Shown here: piece by piece, positions 50,085 through 64,000 of the stretch
How positions within the stretch are numbered: position 1 is the stretch's first letter
Layout of the letters: every line of letters begins with the position of its first letter
Assembly: GCF_964355755.1 (NCBI RefSeq)
Contig: NC_092672.1
Location: 38,632,437-38,696,436, forward strand
Length of the DNA: 64,000 nt
Origin: Antedon mediterranea
Lineage: Eukaryota > Animalia > Echinodermata
Direction: 5' to 3'
Program-made: the position numbers and the translations under genes
Notes under the pieces: model-generated
Seen by the model: the letters and a program-made list of their open reading frames with translations, nothing else
Told to the model about the DNA's origin: nothing
Database searches by the model: none

Positions 50085-50745
50085 TGGCTATTTCGCTGTG
50101 CTCCCACCACTGGCGCCAAATTGGATCCACTGGAGCACAGTGTATTAACATACGAAAATATGTTGAAACTTAATTGGGTCCACTGGAGCATAGTGTATTA
50201 ACATACGAAAAGATATTAAAATTCAGTGACTTATTTCTATTTTATTGAGAGATTGAAACTTAAGTGACTTTATTTCTATTTTATATCACTGGCTCCAAAT
50301 TGGGTCGATTGGAGCACAGTATTAACATACGAAAATATATTAAAATTAAGTGACTTTATTTCTATATAACTGTGCTCCACTGGCGCCAATGGTCTTGAGC
50401 ACAGTGTATTAACAAACAAAAAGATTGAAACTTAAATGACTTTATTTCTATTTTATATCACTGTGTTCCCCAGGTGCCAAATTGTGTCCACTTCATTAGC
50501 ACATACGAAAAGATATTAAAATTTAGTGACTTTATTTCCATTTCATATCACACTGTGCTCCACTGGCACCAAATTGGGTCCACTTGAGCACAGTGTATTA
50601 ACATATGAAACGATATAAAAAATAGTGACTTATTTCTATTTTATAAACTGTGCTACCCTGGTGCTAAATTGGGTCCACTTCTAGTGACTTATTTCTATTT
50701 TATAAACTGTGCTACCCTGGTGCTAAATTGGGCCCACTTGAGCAG
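50085..50745. repeat. Degenerate tandem repeat (60-120 bp units), possibly transposon-internal
   Basis: Recurrent CCAAATTGGGTCCACT, GAGCACAGTGTATTAACATACGAAAA and AGTGACTTTATTTCTATTTT. Confidence 0.75.
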
Positions 50746-51594
50746 TTACGGTACCGTAGTATACTATTTCTATTATTGAAGTTAATAAAGGAAATGGCGC
50801 TCCGTAGAAAAAAAGTAGAGAATGCTCCAGTCAGCGAAATATATATTTTTTTTAATTGAAAGAAAATTATAATAACAATTTAAAAGACATACCAGACTAA
50901 AACTTTTGTTTAGGGCTGCCTTGTTATTATGCAGTATTTTAATACCCTTAGTAGCCCCGGTGACAATTGTAGTATATAGATATAGTGTATAGATTTGATT
51001 GAGCCATAATAATGCATTTATAATTCAATTGAAAAAGGAATACGAATACGAATAGTGTGCGACTAATGTACACGGCTAAGAAGTACAAAATGTAGAGCAT
51101 TGCATTCTAATAATCAATTTATAATTTGTGCGCGTACGTGTGTGTTTTACCCGATTTTTGTGGAAAATATTTTTTTGATTTGATCAGTTCAAAAGTAGAA
51201 AGATATAGAGACCTTGTAAAAAGGTGGAGTGAAAAAAAAAATTTAAAATAAAAATGGTATATCAAATGAGTATAGGTAATTTTTGTTTTTATTCAACTTC
51301 AGATGTTTATTGTCGCGCTTAGTAAATGTTTTAAAATGTTCTGCTGGGAAGTCCTCACCATGTTTGGACTACCTATCTACTAAAAAAAAAGCCTACTTGC
51401 TTTTAGCAGAATTTGACTGTTGTATTTTTCCATTTTAAGAGAAATTCATGTGTTTACGTCGTGATTTCTGTTACATATTTATTTATGTAAATTTTAACTA
51501 AATATTATATCTGATATCCATGCCTAGTGTAGTGTTAGCTGAGGTTTAAAATGATTACAGTATTTCCAAAAACTAATTAATGAACGAGGATGGG

Positions 51595-51880
51595 CAATCC
51601 CTGTCAAATCGCGCATGCGCTGTACACTTCATGTTTTTGTGAGGATTTTGTTGGCATTTTTCGATGGGTGTGGGGTTGAAAATCAAGCATTATTGTTCTA
51701 TATTCTTATATTTAAGATGAACTAGTGTAAAGGTTAGTTGTTGTAAGTGTAAATTGAATACATTATGTTATTTTAAGCGTTATTGAATGTTGAAAATTCC
51801 GGGAGGCGACCAGCGTTTACGACCACTTCCGTTTGGTCGATCCTCGTCGGCTGACGCGAAGAGATCGTGTGTTGTGAGTG
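51595..51880 (+). promoter_or_regulatory. Probable TAO kinase promoter and non-coding first exon(s)
   Basis: Perfect NRF1/EWG palindrome GCGCATGCGC at 51611-51620, ETS-like ACTTCCG near 51825, local CpG retention, candidate donors AAG|GTTAGT (about 51732) and GTGAGT (about 51874). Confidence 0.5.
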
Positions 51881-52529
51881 AGTATTGTGCAGAAACCAAC
51901 CTGTTTTTCTTTATCATCTGGTCTTGGTTGGGCCTACACGAGTTGGTTTCAATTTAAAATTAAAATGAAATGTTGTATTTGCAGCATGTGTGATTTAACG
52001 TGCAATATATGTTGAATACATTTATTGAAATAACAGAAATTGCTCTTTTTTTCCAAAGTTTTTTATGGAATGTATTGCAGGGAATTGTTTGTTAAAATAA
52101 TGAATAATTGAAATCAAAACAATAAAACAAAAATCCATTTCAGTACGTGCTCAGTATATTTCATATTATATTGTTGGCGGTAGTTGGGTTTTTATTTGTA
52201 GAGTACAATTTATGGATTTGTAATGAACTACAGTTAATTATTTATTTAATCTATAATAAATTAAAACCAACACCATCGGCCCATCCATGCAGTTATTATT
52301 GTCATTATTTGATGATGATGAATGATTCAAGAATTCAATTCAATAATAAATTTTATTAGTAGGGCCTGGAGCCTCTGTTATATATTTAATTATATACTGT
52401 ATTTTTATTCTATTCTTTTTTTTTTGTGATATGGAATACTGATTTTCAAAAACCATCTTGGCGAGATGACAAACTATATAACCCATAGCATTTTGCATGA
52501 GATTTTTGGGGGTTGTTCAGTAATTTAGT

Positions 52530-52697
52530 AAAGACAACTTTTGGATTTCCAGGGGTTGTACAAGACAACTTTTGGATTTCCAGGGGTTGTACAAGACAAC
52601 TTTTGGATTTCCAGGGGTTGTACAAGACAACTTTTGGATTTCCAGGGGTTGTGTACAAGACAACTTTTGGATTTCCAGGGGTTGTACAAGACAATTT
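52530..52697. repeat. 30-bp tandem repeat, about 5.5 copies
   Basis: Unit AAGACAACTTTTGGATTTCCAGGGGTTGTAC. Confidence 0.9.
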
Positions 52698-54099
52698 TTT
52701 ACTGGGAAAATGTTCTTAAAGGATCCATATCACCCTATGAATTTAAAAAATAATAATTTGTGACCTAAAGAAATTGAAAACAAAAATATGAAATCTGGCT
52801 CCTTGCCAAAAAAAGTTACTTGTTAAAGTATTTATAGTATTTAACACTATATAATGCAGATTTTGATTTTGATGATTTTTAGATCTGACCCTTGAATCTT
52901 TTAGGAAATCATATGAAACATGCTATGGTGGGGGTAACCATGACAATTGTGTATTTGGCTTGATTTAATCACTTTTTATTTATTGACCATATTTATGTGA
53001 GAAAGAGACAATTTAAAGTGAAACTTAAGTGAACAAACGATACCCAAAAATGAATTACTTTTCTTATTTTTAATTTATTTAACATGCCAACGATGGCACT
53101 CACAAAACAAAAACCATTTTTAATGTCTTCTGGAGTTTCAGACCAACCAAATTTTGGAAATACTGAAACCTTTCTTCACTATGACAGCTTCCTAGTATAC
53201 TACACTAGTAAAGAGCTATCAAAAAGAGCTTATCATAATAATAGTTTATTGGTTGTGTACTTTTGTATTTTTACATTACTAAACAAAAAGATAGTCACAG
53301 TCACACAGCACATTTGAAATACTGGAAAATCACATAGAATTGAATGGTATAGTGTTATATAGCTTTACTTGCAAGTTAGGAGTCCTTCTATAAATACACT
53401 AATATAATATGATGTTCCAATGGAGTTCAATATTATACCAGCACTTGCATTATATGGAATACTATTGATGACTCATCAAGCTAGACCTACAGTAGTTTAG
53501 GGTACAATACATTGTTTAGGACAAGGCTACACATTTCTCAATCAAAAGCATTTAGTCTGTTGTTCTAATAGTCATGTTGCTGGTCCCTTCATTTTAAACA
53601 ATTAGGAGACTGCAAGATGTAGATGTACTTGTTTTATAACCTGTACAGTAGACAGTAGTATTCAATTCACTTTTATTTCAGAACAAAGTCCATATCATAA
53701 CAAATAACAATATTCAATAAATAGATAAAAAAAAAAAATCTATACCACATGTCGAACAAATTAAGGTAATATTTGGCAGCTTTTCATAATTAATTTCTCT
53801 GTAAGTACAGTAGTGTAATTAATGTGACAAGATACAGTATAGGCACTGGGGAACCTCCTTTCACATTGATTTTTTTTATTTATTGTTATTCACACTCACA
53901 GTTGGTATGCAGATTTTTAACAACATTGGTGATTGTTTTTCTATCTATTTTCAGTCTTTATTACCATGAAATTACTGTAATACAGTTAGTTACCCGTAGA
54001 ATTTTAATTGTTTACTGTTGAAATATGTGTAAATATTGTCAAACTGTGTTCCAAGTAATGTTACTTTTGTTTGATTAGTGTATCTTGCTTTATATAGTA

Positions 54100-56292
54100 G
54101 TATTTACTCTCGTAGTACTATGCAAGTGTAGTGTATCATTGTAGTAGGTGCTGTATTCGTAGTACTATGCAAGTGTAGTGTATCATTGTACTAGGTACTG
54201 TATTCGTAGTACTATGCAAGTGTAGTGTATCATTGTACTAAGTACTGTATTCGTAGTAGTACTATGCAAGTGTAGTGTATCATTGTAGTAGGTACTGTAT
54301 TCGTAGTACTATGCAAGTGTAGTGTATCATTGTACTAAGTACTGTATTCGTAGTAGTACTATGCAAGTGTAGTGTATCATTGTACTAGGTACTGTATTCA
54401 TAGTAGTATGCAAGTGTAGTGTATCATTGTACTAGGTACTGTATTCGTAGTAGTATGCAAGTGTAGTGTATCATTGTACTAGGTACTGTATTCGTAGTAC
54501 TATGCAAGTGTAGTGTATCATTGTAGTAGGTACTGTATTCGTAGTAGTATGCAAGTGTAGTGTATCATTGTACTAGGTACTGTATTCATAGTAGTATGCA
54601 AGTGTAGTGTATCATTGTACTAGGTACTGTATTCGTAGTACTATGCAAGTGTAGAGTATCATTGTAGTAGGTACTGTATTCATAGTACTATGCAAGTGTA
54701 GTGTATCATTGTACTAGGTACTGTATTCATAGTACTATGCAAGTGTAGTGTATCATTGTACTAGGTACTGTATTCGTTGTACTATGCAAGTGTAGTGTAT
54801 CATTGTACTAGGTACTGTATTTGTAGTACTATGCAAGTGTAGTGTATCATTGTACTAGGTACTGTATTCATAGTACTATGCAAGTGTAGAGTATCATTGT
54901 AGTAGGTACTGTATTCATAGTACTATGCAAGTGTAGTGTATCATTGTAGTAGGTACTGTATTCGTTGTACTATGCAAGTGTAGTGTATCATTGTACTAGG
55001 TACTGTATTCGTTGTACTATGCAAGTGTAGTGTATCATTGTACTAGGTACTGTATTAGTAGTACTATGCAAGTGTAGTGTATCATTGTACTAGGTACTGT
55101 ATTCGTTGTACTATGCAAGTGTAGTGTATCATTGTACTAGGTACTGTATTTGTAGTACTATGCAAGTGTAGTGTATCATTGTACTAGGTACTGTATTCAT
55201 AGTACTATGCAAGTGTAGAGTATCATTGTAGTAGGTACTGTATTCGTAGTACTATGCAAGTGTAGAGTATCATTGTAGTAGGTACTGTATTCGTAGTAGT
55301 ATGCAAGTGTAGTGTATCATTGTAGTAGGTACTGTATTCGTAGTACTATGCAAGTGTAGTGTATCATTGTAGTAGGTACTGTATTCGTAGTAGTACTATG
55401 CAAGTGTAGTGTATCATTGTAGTAGGTACTGTATTCGTAGTACTATGCAAGTGTAGTGTATCATTGTAGTAGGTACTGTATTCATAGTAGTATGCAAGTG
55501 TAGTGTATCATTGTAGTAGGTAGTGTATTTGTAGTAGTATGCAAGTGTAGTGTATCATTGTAGTAGGTGCTGTATTAGTAGTACTATGCAAGTGTAGTGT
55601 ATCATTGTACTAGGTACTGTATTTGTAGTACTATGCAAGTGTAGTGTATCATTGTACTAGGTACTGTATTCGTAGTACTATGCAAGTGTAGTGTATCATT
55701 GTAGTAGGTACTGTATTCGTAGTAGTACTATGCAAGTGTAGTGTATCATTGTACTAGGTACTGTATTCGTAGTAGTACTATGCAAGTGTAGTGTATCATT
55801 GTAGTAGGTACTGTATTCGTAGTAGTACTATGCAAGTGTATTGTATCATTGTACTAGGTACTGTATTCGTAGTAGTACTATGCAAGTGTAGTGTATCATT
55901 GTAGTAGGTACTGTATTCGTAGTAGTACTATGCAAGTGTAGTGTATCATTGTAGTAGGTACTGTATTCGTAGTAGTACTATGCAAGTGTAGTGTATCATT
56001 GTAGTAGGTACTGTATTCGTAGTACTATGCAAGTGTAGTGTATCATTGTACTAGGTACTGTATTCGTAGTAGTACTATGCAAGTGTAGTGTATCATTGTA
56101 GTAGGTACTGTATTCGTAGTACTATGCAAGTGTAGTGTATCATTGTACTAGGTACTGTATTCGTAGTAGTATGCAAGTGTAGTGCATCATTGTAGTAGGT
56201 ACTGTATTCGTAGTACTATGCAAGTGTAGTGTATCATTGTACTAGGTACTGTATTCGTAGTACTATGCAAGTGTAGTGTATCATTCTACTAG
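54100..56292. repeat. 47-bp (50-bp variant) minisatellite, about 46 copies
   Basis: Unit TCGTAGTACTATGCAAGTGTAGTGTATCATTGTACTAGGTACTGTAT. Confidence 0.95.
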
Positions 56293-58709
56293 GTTGTATG
56301 TAACTCTTTCTCCTTGTATGGGTCTTGTTGTACTTTTGTTTATATAGTGTACTTATTAGTACTGTTAAAGTCGTGAGGTTAAATAGAGCAGAAATAGGCT
56401 TGTTTGTTTATGTTGCCTATTTTTATGCCATTGATCTAGTACAGTATATCCGGTTTTTGTATTTAAATTTCTTTTATAGTACAAATATTATAATGTCCTG
56501 ACTTTATGATTATTCTGTAAACTCTGTCATTGTCAATCAGTAAAATGTTTTTCATAATAAATGGCAAATAAATATCACAGCACAAATTCCAATAAATTCC
56601 CAAATTAATACATTTATTCCAAAGTGTTATTTCAGTTATTGTGTTGGAGGTACTGTGCTACATTTTTTTTCTTAAGTAAAACGAATAAAAACAAGCCTGA
56701 TATGAAAAGATTTAAAATTCATATGTACTACTATACCACTACTGTACTGTATCATTACTATTTAACAAACAGTGAAATTATATGGATGAGACAATATTAC
56801 ATCTTGTGTTTTAATGCCTGTGGCTTTGATAATTTTGTTTAGCAGCACATTAATTTTTGTATGGCAAGACTAATGGCATAGATCCTTGTTATGCTAATGG
56901 AAAGTTCAACTGAAGGTCAGGCTTCTTTCACATTCACAGTGTTGTACTTTCTCAATGCTTTGTTTAAATGGTAGTAGCTTATAATCATGGAGGAATCCAT
57001 CATGGTTATCTGTATACTGATTTATCATTAATCTTGAATTCAAATCCTGAAAAAAATTATTAAAAATATTAGTATTATTATAATATTAGTTGTTAATTTT
57101 ACTGTATTTTCTGTTAAATTAAAAAGTTAAAAAAAGTCTCAGATTTACTACATGTAGTGTACTGAATTTTTTCCTTGGGCTTAAACCAATGCTACGGATA
57201 TGGTAATGTACAAACTGGTTTTTTTTGTCAAGTGGATCAAGTGTTCTTCTACATGTACATCTTTTAAGGGGGTAGTGGGGTAGTAAGTGGGTAGAATGAC
57301 TTCTCATCTTCTAATTATCATTATTATACAGCAAGACTTTCAGAAGGCCTACAGTACTATAATATTATAAGTACAGACAACTCTCCCAATACTGGTCTCT
57401 CTGAAAATCAGAAACTCTCCCAAAACCAGACTTTTCTTGAGGTCCAAAAGGTCTCAAATTGTTGAATACCAGACTTTCCAGAAAAACAGACATATTGGGC
57501 CAGCTCAAAGGTGTCTGATATTATTAGGAGAGTTGAGTGTATACTGTACTACAGTAGAATATTGGGGATGCAGAATAACAGATGTTGGTGGGTGTCAAAG
57601 GTAGTAAAAATCAAAAGCATTTTCTCTTTTAACCTTTGTATTGTTTCTGTTTATTTTTCTTTGAAGTCGATTCGTTTCTGTTTTTGGCGTTTGTAGCTAG
57701 GCCTCTCGAGACGTATAGAGGAAGGGTGGAGTTCACTTATTGTGTGCTCTCAATAGCCTGGCATCGTAATGGTCATACTGTAGTTTTCTTTCAACTTCCT
57801 TTCTGCATTAATAACTTGAGTACATTAGACGTACTTTAATAATACTGTCTTACTGTTACATGTGTTTTAAAAAGTACAGGATAAACCCAGTTTTTAAAAG
57901 TAATTTTAAATTGGAATGAAATCTATGAGTCTTGAAAAAGCATACATACTTGTACTGTATTTGACCAAATAAAGGAAAATATAAAAAATCCCCTAATATA
58001 CACTAATTCTCAGGTTTTCAATAGTATCCACTGTAAGTACAGTAGAGGTATTCAGTGTGTGTTTTCTTCCACTCAATTCTTTCTCTCTCCATAGACAATC
58101 ACCTTTCTGTTCCATGGATTAAACAGCAAATATTATACTGTAGTTATTTTTTAGCAGACTGAAACTGAACTGAGTATAAATTAGCAGGGTGTCCAAACTA
58201 GTAAAAAATATGCACATTATCACATTGAACAACAGCAATCTGTCCACTACTAGTTTAAAGCTCTAAACACTATCAAACTAGTTTGAACTCATAGATTTGA
58301 CAAAAAAAAGTGTGATGGTAATGATATGCTAAAATATGGTAGTGATATTTAATGATAGTGGTATGACATCATCATGTCCATATATGGGCACATAAAGTTT
58401 GATAGTGTAGCTTTAGAGGCACAGTCCACCACAGTGTATCAGTTTTAAAGTTTAGTGAATACCTGTAGGAGGAGGTTCAATATAAAGTGCAAATTAACCT
58501 ATTTGGTACAATGTTATGTTAATAGAATTTGTACAATTGGTATTTTCTACTTGATTGGTTACTCTATAGTATAGCATTACTGTATAGGATATTAAATCTC
58601 AGCACAATCCACTCTTTGTAGTATTATGAAGAAAGCGAGCTACTCGGACCATAACCCTGTTTATTTTCCAGTTACATAGTCAAATTACTTTGTTATTAAT
58701 TATATCTGG

Positions 58710-59495
58710 CAAGTAGGTACTGTGTAGCAATATATACAAGTAGGTACTGTGTAGCAATATATACAAGTAGGTACTGTGTAGCAATATATACAAGTAGGTA
58801 CTGTGTAGCAATATATACAAGTAGGTACTGTGTATCAATATATACAAGTAGGTACTGTGTAGCAATATATACAAGTAGGTACTGTGTAGCAATATTTACA
58901 AGTAGGTACTGTGTAGCAATATATACTGTACAAGTAGGTACTGTGTATCAATATATACAAGTAGGTACTGTGTAGCAATATATACAAGTAGGTACTGTGT
59001 AGCAATATATACAAGTAGGTACTGTGTAGCAATATATACAAGTAGGTACTGTGTAGCAATATTTACAAGTAGGTACTGTGTAGCAATATATACTGTACAA
59101 GTAGGTACTGTGTAGCAATATATACAAGTAGCTACTGTGTAGCAATATATACTGTACAAGTAGGTACTGTGTAGCAATATTTACATTATTATATCTCGCT
59201 ATACAAGTAGGTACTGTGTAGCAATATTTACATTATTATATCTCGCTATACTAGTAGGTACTGTGTAGCAATATTTACATTATTATATCTCGCTATACTA
59301 GTAGGTACTGTGTAGCAATATTTACATTATTATATCTGGCTATACAAGTAGGTACTGTGTAGCAATATTTACATTATTATATCTGGCTATACTAGTAGGT
59401 ACTGTGTAGCAATATATACAAGTAGGTACTGTGTAGCAATATTTACATTATTATATCTCGCTATACAAGTAGGTACTGTGTAGCAATATTTACAT
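58710..59495. repeat. 27-bp minisatellite with 32-bp and about 45-bp variant units
   Basis: Unit CAAGTAGGTACTGTGTAGCAATATATA. Confidence 0.95.
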
Positions 59496-59583
59496 ATCTA
59501 CAAATATACTTGAACATTTATTGTCAAGTTTGAGTTTAAAATATTTATTAGGTTCGTTTCGTTTATTTATTTTTTTCCACTCA

Positions 59584-59616
<33 letters not shown>

Positions 59617-60237
59617 TTTACATTTACATATTACATATATTAAATGTGGGTGAATGGAAGTCACAGTAAGTTCACTGAACTTTAAGTCGTGACTCCCATA
59701 TGCCTATAAGTATACTAACATTGCTACAGAGTAGACTAAAATATGAATATATAATAGTGAAAGTACATAAAATCAAAAAAAAAAATAAAAAATTTTAATT
59801 ATAGAAGTTAAGATTAGTAATGCTAAACAATTCTTCATTGAATAACAATTACAACATAAATTTCTTTCACATTAATAACTTGTATTAATTTTGACAGTTC
59901 AAGACATAGCAAATTTTAAATAGTTTTGTCCTGTCACGTAAATAGATATGAATGAAACATACAGTAGTACAGTTATTACTGAAGTGTAATTGAATGAAAT
60001 GTACACTCAAATTGGTAAATAAAATTCATTGTTCGTGAGTAATTGAAAACAGCTTACATGATGTAAATGTTTTGAATCCTAAAGGATGTGATATAAAAAT
60101 AACACACTAGCAATGACGTTGTTATACTGTAGCTACTACTTGCATAATAGGCCTAACTGATCATAGATTACCCTACAGTACAGTTAACATTGGAAAGTCT
60201 GTAAGAATAATGCCTTCTGTCAAGAGGTGTACTGGCT

Positions 60238-60390
60238 AGGCTTTAGAAACCTGTATTGTGTCTATAGTGAGGTGTCCTGGTATACTAGCTACAGTAGGCT
60301 TTATAGAAACCTGTATTGTGTCTATAGTGAGGTGTCCTGGTATACTAGCTACAGTAGGCTTTTTAGAAACCTGTATTGTGTCTATAGTGA
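60238..60390. repeat. 60-bp tandem repeat, about 2.5 copies
   Basis: TAGAAACCTGTATTGTGTCTATAGTGAGGTGTCCTGGTATACTAGCTACAGTAGGCT. Confidence 0.9.
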
Positions 60391-61376
60391 ATTATCCAAG
60401 CTGAATTGATTGGCCTGGCTGGAATCATTTGCTCCACAGTGTTTTGATTGAATCGATAGTATATTTATACATTGTTTCAGAATGTGTTTTATTTGAGTTT
60501 AACTTTAAATCTATTTGTTAATGTTAATAGAGCGCAAACTATGTTAAACATTTTTTTACAAAAAAAAAAAGCTATGAGAAATCTTGTATGGTCATTGTTA
60601 TAAAGTGCAATACCGGCATTCTAAGAATTGATTACAAAATAGCCTAATGTTTGCATGACAGTACGTACAGTATAGACATTTTTATCAGAAGTTGGTTTCA
60701 GTAATAGTACAGCAATAACCACATCCCCTTACTGCATACTGCTGTTATACACGGTACATTACCATTGTTTACTATTAATATTAAAACTGCAGTGTACATG
60801 TAACAAACTTGTGATAGTCCACTTAATACTAGAACTACAATAACTTATAAATTATTCATAATATTAAATATTCATTTGATAATTTATTCATACGGCTTCT
60901 CTACAGTGTAGTTAGTCATTTTATACCAAGAGCATGGCCTTTATACTGTAAAAACAGCTCAAACATTTGTAATTATATTTAGCAGGAAAATAAAGACATA
61001 AATCATATTGAAGGAGAACATACAGTAGTGATATTATACATTAATAATAACAAAATGTTGTCCTTTTGAGTCTATTTTTTTTATTCACAAAAACAACTTT
61101 TTTTATTTTAAGCTTCTAAATATATGATTCTTAAAGTAAAAGTAATATATTATTATTATATTATTTATTATATTATTATTTTAATTAATAAAATCCATCT
61201 CTTTTGTTTTTTTCAGATTTCACCCAATGTGTATTACCATAAACAATCAGGAAATATATTACTTACTTGGATCACCGGCACAAGTCTAGCAATTCCCATG
61301 TTAATAGGATCAACACATTATACACAAGCGGGTATCTCCATGTTTACATATACAGGATAATTACAAACTATTGAAA

Positions 61377-64000
61377 ATGCCGTTACCGAGCCGGGTTGCG
61401 AATATTAAAGATCCGGATATTGCAGCTCTATTTTCTGAAGAAGATCCTGAAAAACTTTTTGATGAACTTAGAGAAATTGGCCATGGAAGCTTTGGTGCTG
61501 TTTACTATGTGAGTGAAATGTGTATTTAACTAATGTTGGGATCAGAGGATTTCATTTAAGCACAGTATTTATTTAGACTAGCCAAATTTCTAAATATACT
61601 ACATTATGTATGCCAGTTGTTTAATGTTTTTGAGATACAGTGGTCCTAATTCCAAACAAACGGGTGTTTAGCAGGCCTTGTCTTTTAAGGCTAGTGAGTG
61701 TGACCTTACACACTCCTAAACTACCCCTGAGGAGTGCTATTTACAACACGCTTAATTTTGGTAAACTTCTACACACCAAAATACAAACAGCACACCTACA
61801 GCATCCATGAATATATTGAGGAGTGCAATTTGTAGCACACCTATGATTTTCAAAAGACAAGGCCTGGTTTAGCCTAGTGTCATGTCTTGTCATCTCTCCA
61901 AAAATTTGAAAATGTTTTACCCATGTGTCATAAAAGAGTTTATATTTGTCAGTGAGTGAATGATAATTGTTGTAAATACAGTATGTCCTGCATGGGATGA
62001 ACTGAACATACAGTATGTCCTGCATGGGATGAACTGAACATACAGTATGTCCTGCATGGGATGAACTGAACATACAGTATGTCCTGCATGGGATGAACTG
62101 AACATACAGTATGTCCTGCATGGGATGAACTGAACATACAGTATGTCCTGCATGGGATGAACTGAACATACAGTATGTCCTGCATGGGATGAACTGAACA
62201 TACAGTATGTCCTGCATGGGATGAACTGAACATACAGTATGTCCTGCATGGGATGAACTGAACATACAGTATGTCCTGCATGGGATGAACTGAACATACA
62301 GTATGTCCTGCATGGGATGAACTGAACATACAGTATGTCCTGCATGGGATGAACTGAATATACAGTATGTCCTGCATGGGATGAACTGAACATACAGTAT
62401 GTCCTGCATGGGATGAACTGAACATACAGTATGTCCTGCATGGGATGAACTGAATATACAGTATGTCCTGCATGGGATGAACTGAATATACAGTATGTCC
62501 TGCATGGGATGAACTGAACATACAGTATGTCCTGCATGGGATGAACTGAATATACAGTATGTCCTGCATGGGATGAACTGAATATACAGTATGTCCTGCA
62601 TGGGATGAACTGAATATACAGTATGTCCTGCATGGGATGAACTGAATATACAGTATGTCCTGCATGGGATGAACTGAATATACAGTATGTCCTGCATGGG
62701 ATGAACTGAATATACAGTATGTCCTGCATGGGATGAACTGAATATACAGTATGTCCTGCATGGGATGAACTGAATATACAGTATGTCCTGCATGGGATGA
62801 ACTGAATATACAGTATGTCCTGCATGGGATGAACTGAATATACAGTATGTCCTGCATGGGATGAACTGAATGTACAGTATGTCCTGCATGGGATGAACTG
62901 AATATACAGTATGTCCTGCATGGGATGAACTGAACATACAGTAGATATACTGTACTTTAAAGTACATGTTTCTAAAGCTCTGTCTACACTATCAAACTAG
63001 TTATAGTTTATGGAAGTGGTATGCCCAAATATATGATATGACATCGTCATGTCCATATATGGGCACATCACATTTTTTGTCACATAAAGTTAGAGCTTTA
63101 AACATTATGTGGTAGTAGTATCAGGATTCTTAACATATTTGTGTGTATATTTACAGGCACGTAATGTCATAACAAACGAAGTTGTCGCCATCAAGAAGAT
63201 GTCATACAATGGCAAAAATTCTACAGAGGTCAGAGTCAAACATAGATTTATTTATTAATTATATATTCACTTTAGTTTTGCTACTGTACCCAATATTGTC
63301 GTTCATTTTAGAGTTAGTTAATAAAGCTTTATGCGCTTATCTCCTTATAGCCAATTTACACAGACAAGCGGTAACAGTAAGCGTACTGTAAAACCACATA
63401 CCTGTATCTTGTCCACGTAGGATCTGTATCTATCCTCAGCTGCTCCATATTGTGTGTAAATGGTCGTGAGGAATAACACAGATTCTATATTTTTGTTAAA
63501 TGTTACTGTTACTGCTCGTCTTTGTAAACTGGCCTTTATGTGGAATAAAAACGGGTGTACAGTAGTAATTTGAATCTATACTGTACAAAGATGACCTCTA
63601 TTTAGTATCAACATCCACTTTTTAATTGTGTTTAAACAGGGTTTTTACAGTAAAATGCTGATAAATTTTCTTTTTGTGAAGTTTTTTTATTGTGAACTAC
63701 CTTTACTCTGTAAAATCACTTTATATTATTATTAATATGGAAATGATTAATGTATTAAAATTTTAATAAATAATCATAATCCAATCAAGCTCTGCTAAGG
63801 TACATCAATCAATCATAATTCTTTGTGAACAACAATATGTAAAGTAAATTAAGTTTTATCCTGTAAGTAGTGAGGTTGATCAACAATCATGTTCTTGACT
63901 TGATTGAAGATAATTTTATTATTTTTTTAAATATAGAAATGGCAAGATATAGTTAAGGAAGTGACGTTTTTACGGCAACTAAAACACAATCACTGTATTG
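61377..64000 (+). CDS. TAOK1: TAO (STE20-family) kinase, 5' part; exons 61377-61508, 63157-63228 and 63937 to window end
   Basis: [44 protein letters not shown]|[24 protein letters not shown]|[21 protein letters not shown]; canonical GT-AG introns; likely co-ortholog of TAOK1-3. Confidence 0.95.
61977..62943. repeat. 32-bp minisatellite, about 30 copies, TAO intron
   Basis: Unit TACAGTATGTCCTGCATGGGATGAACTGAAYA. Confidence 0.95.

Noticed and set aside
61741-62967. 300-400 aa repetitive ORFs
   Set aside because: Translations of a 32-bp minisatellite in a TAO intron.

Overview
Eukaryotic, AT-rich genomic DNA from an intron-rich invertebrate animal; the gene set and repeats suggest a marine deuterostome such as an echinoderm (inference only). 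Genes: a secreted protein with three Link-like modules and an apparent frameshift (-, 6286-7790); DHX37 (-, about 26 exons, 12312-23896) head-to-head with a single-coding-exon PRR14/Tantalus-like gene (+, 25149-28373); TBCCD1 (+, 30701-40950) tail-to-tail with a Spinster/SPNS1 transporter (-, 43149-48536); and the first three coding exons of a TAO kinase (+, 61377 to window end). The first 6 kb is a cluster of nested DNA transposons whose target-site duplications (TSDs) can be read directly: a 1.76-kb palindromic IS3EU-like element whose two arms each keep an intact, paralogous SAM-like first exon, and a Harbinger-like element containing a hAT element and a MITE. Two insertions of one Penelope-like family have 12-bp TSDs, inverted pLTRs, a variant hammerhead ribozyme core and a candidate intron. 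There are also many MITEs, SINE/LINE fragments and over 10 minisatellites, one of which repeats a TBCCD1 splice donor seven times. Comparisons between repeat copies show TA-CTG-TA insertions that match Tc1/mariner excision footprints. All calls come from reading the sequence by eye; no database searches were run.
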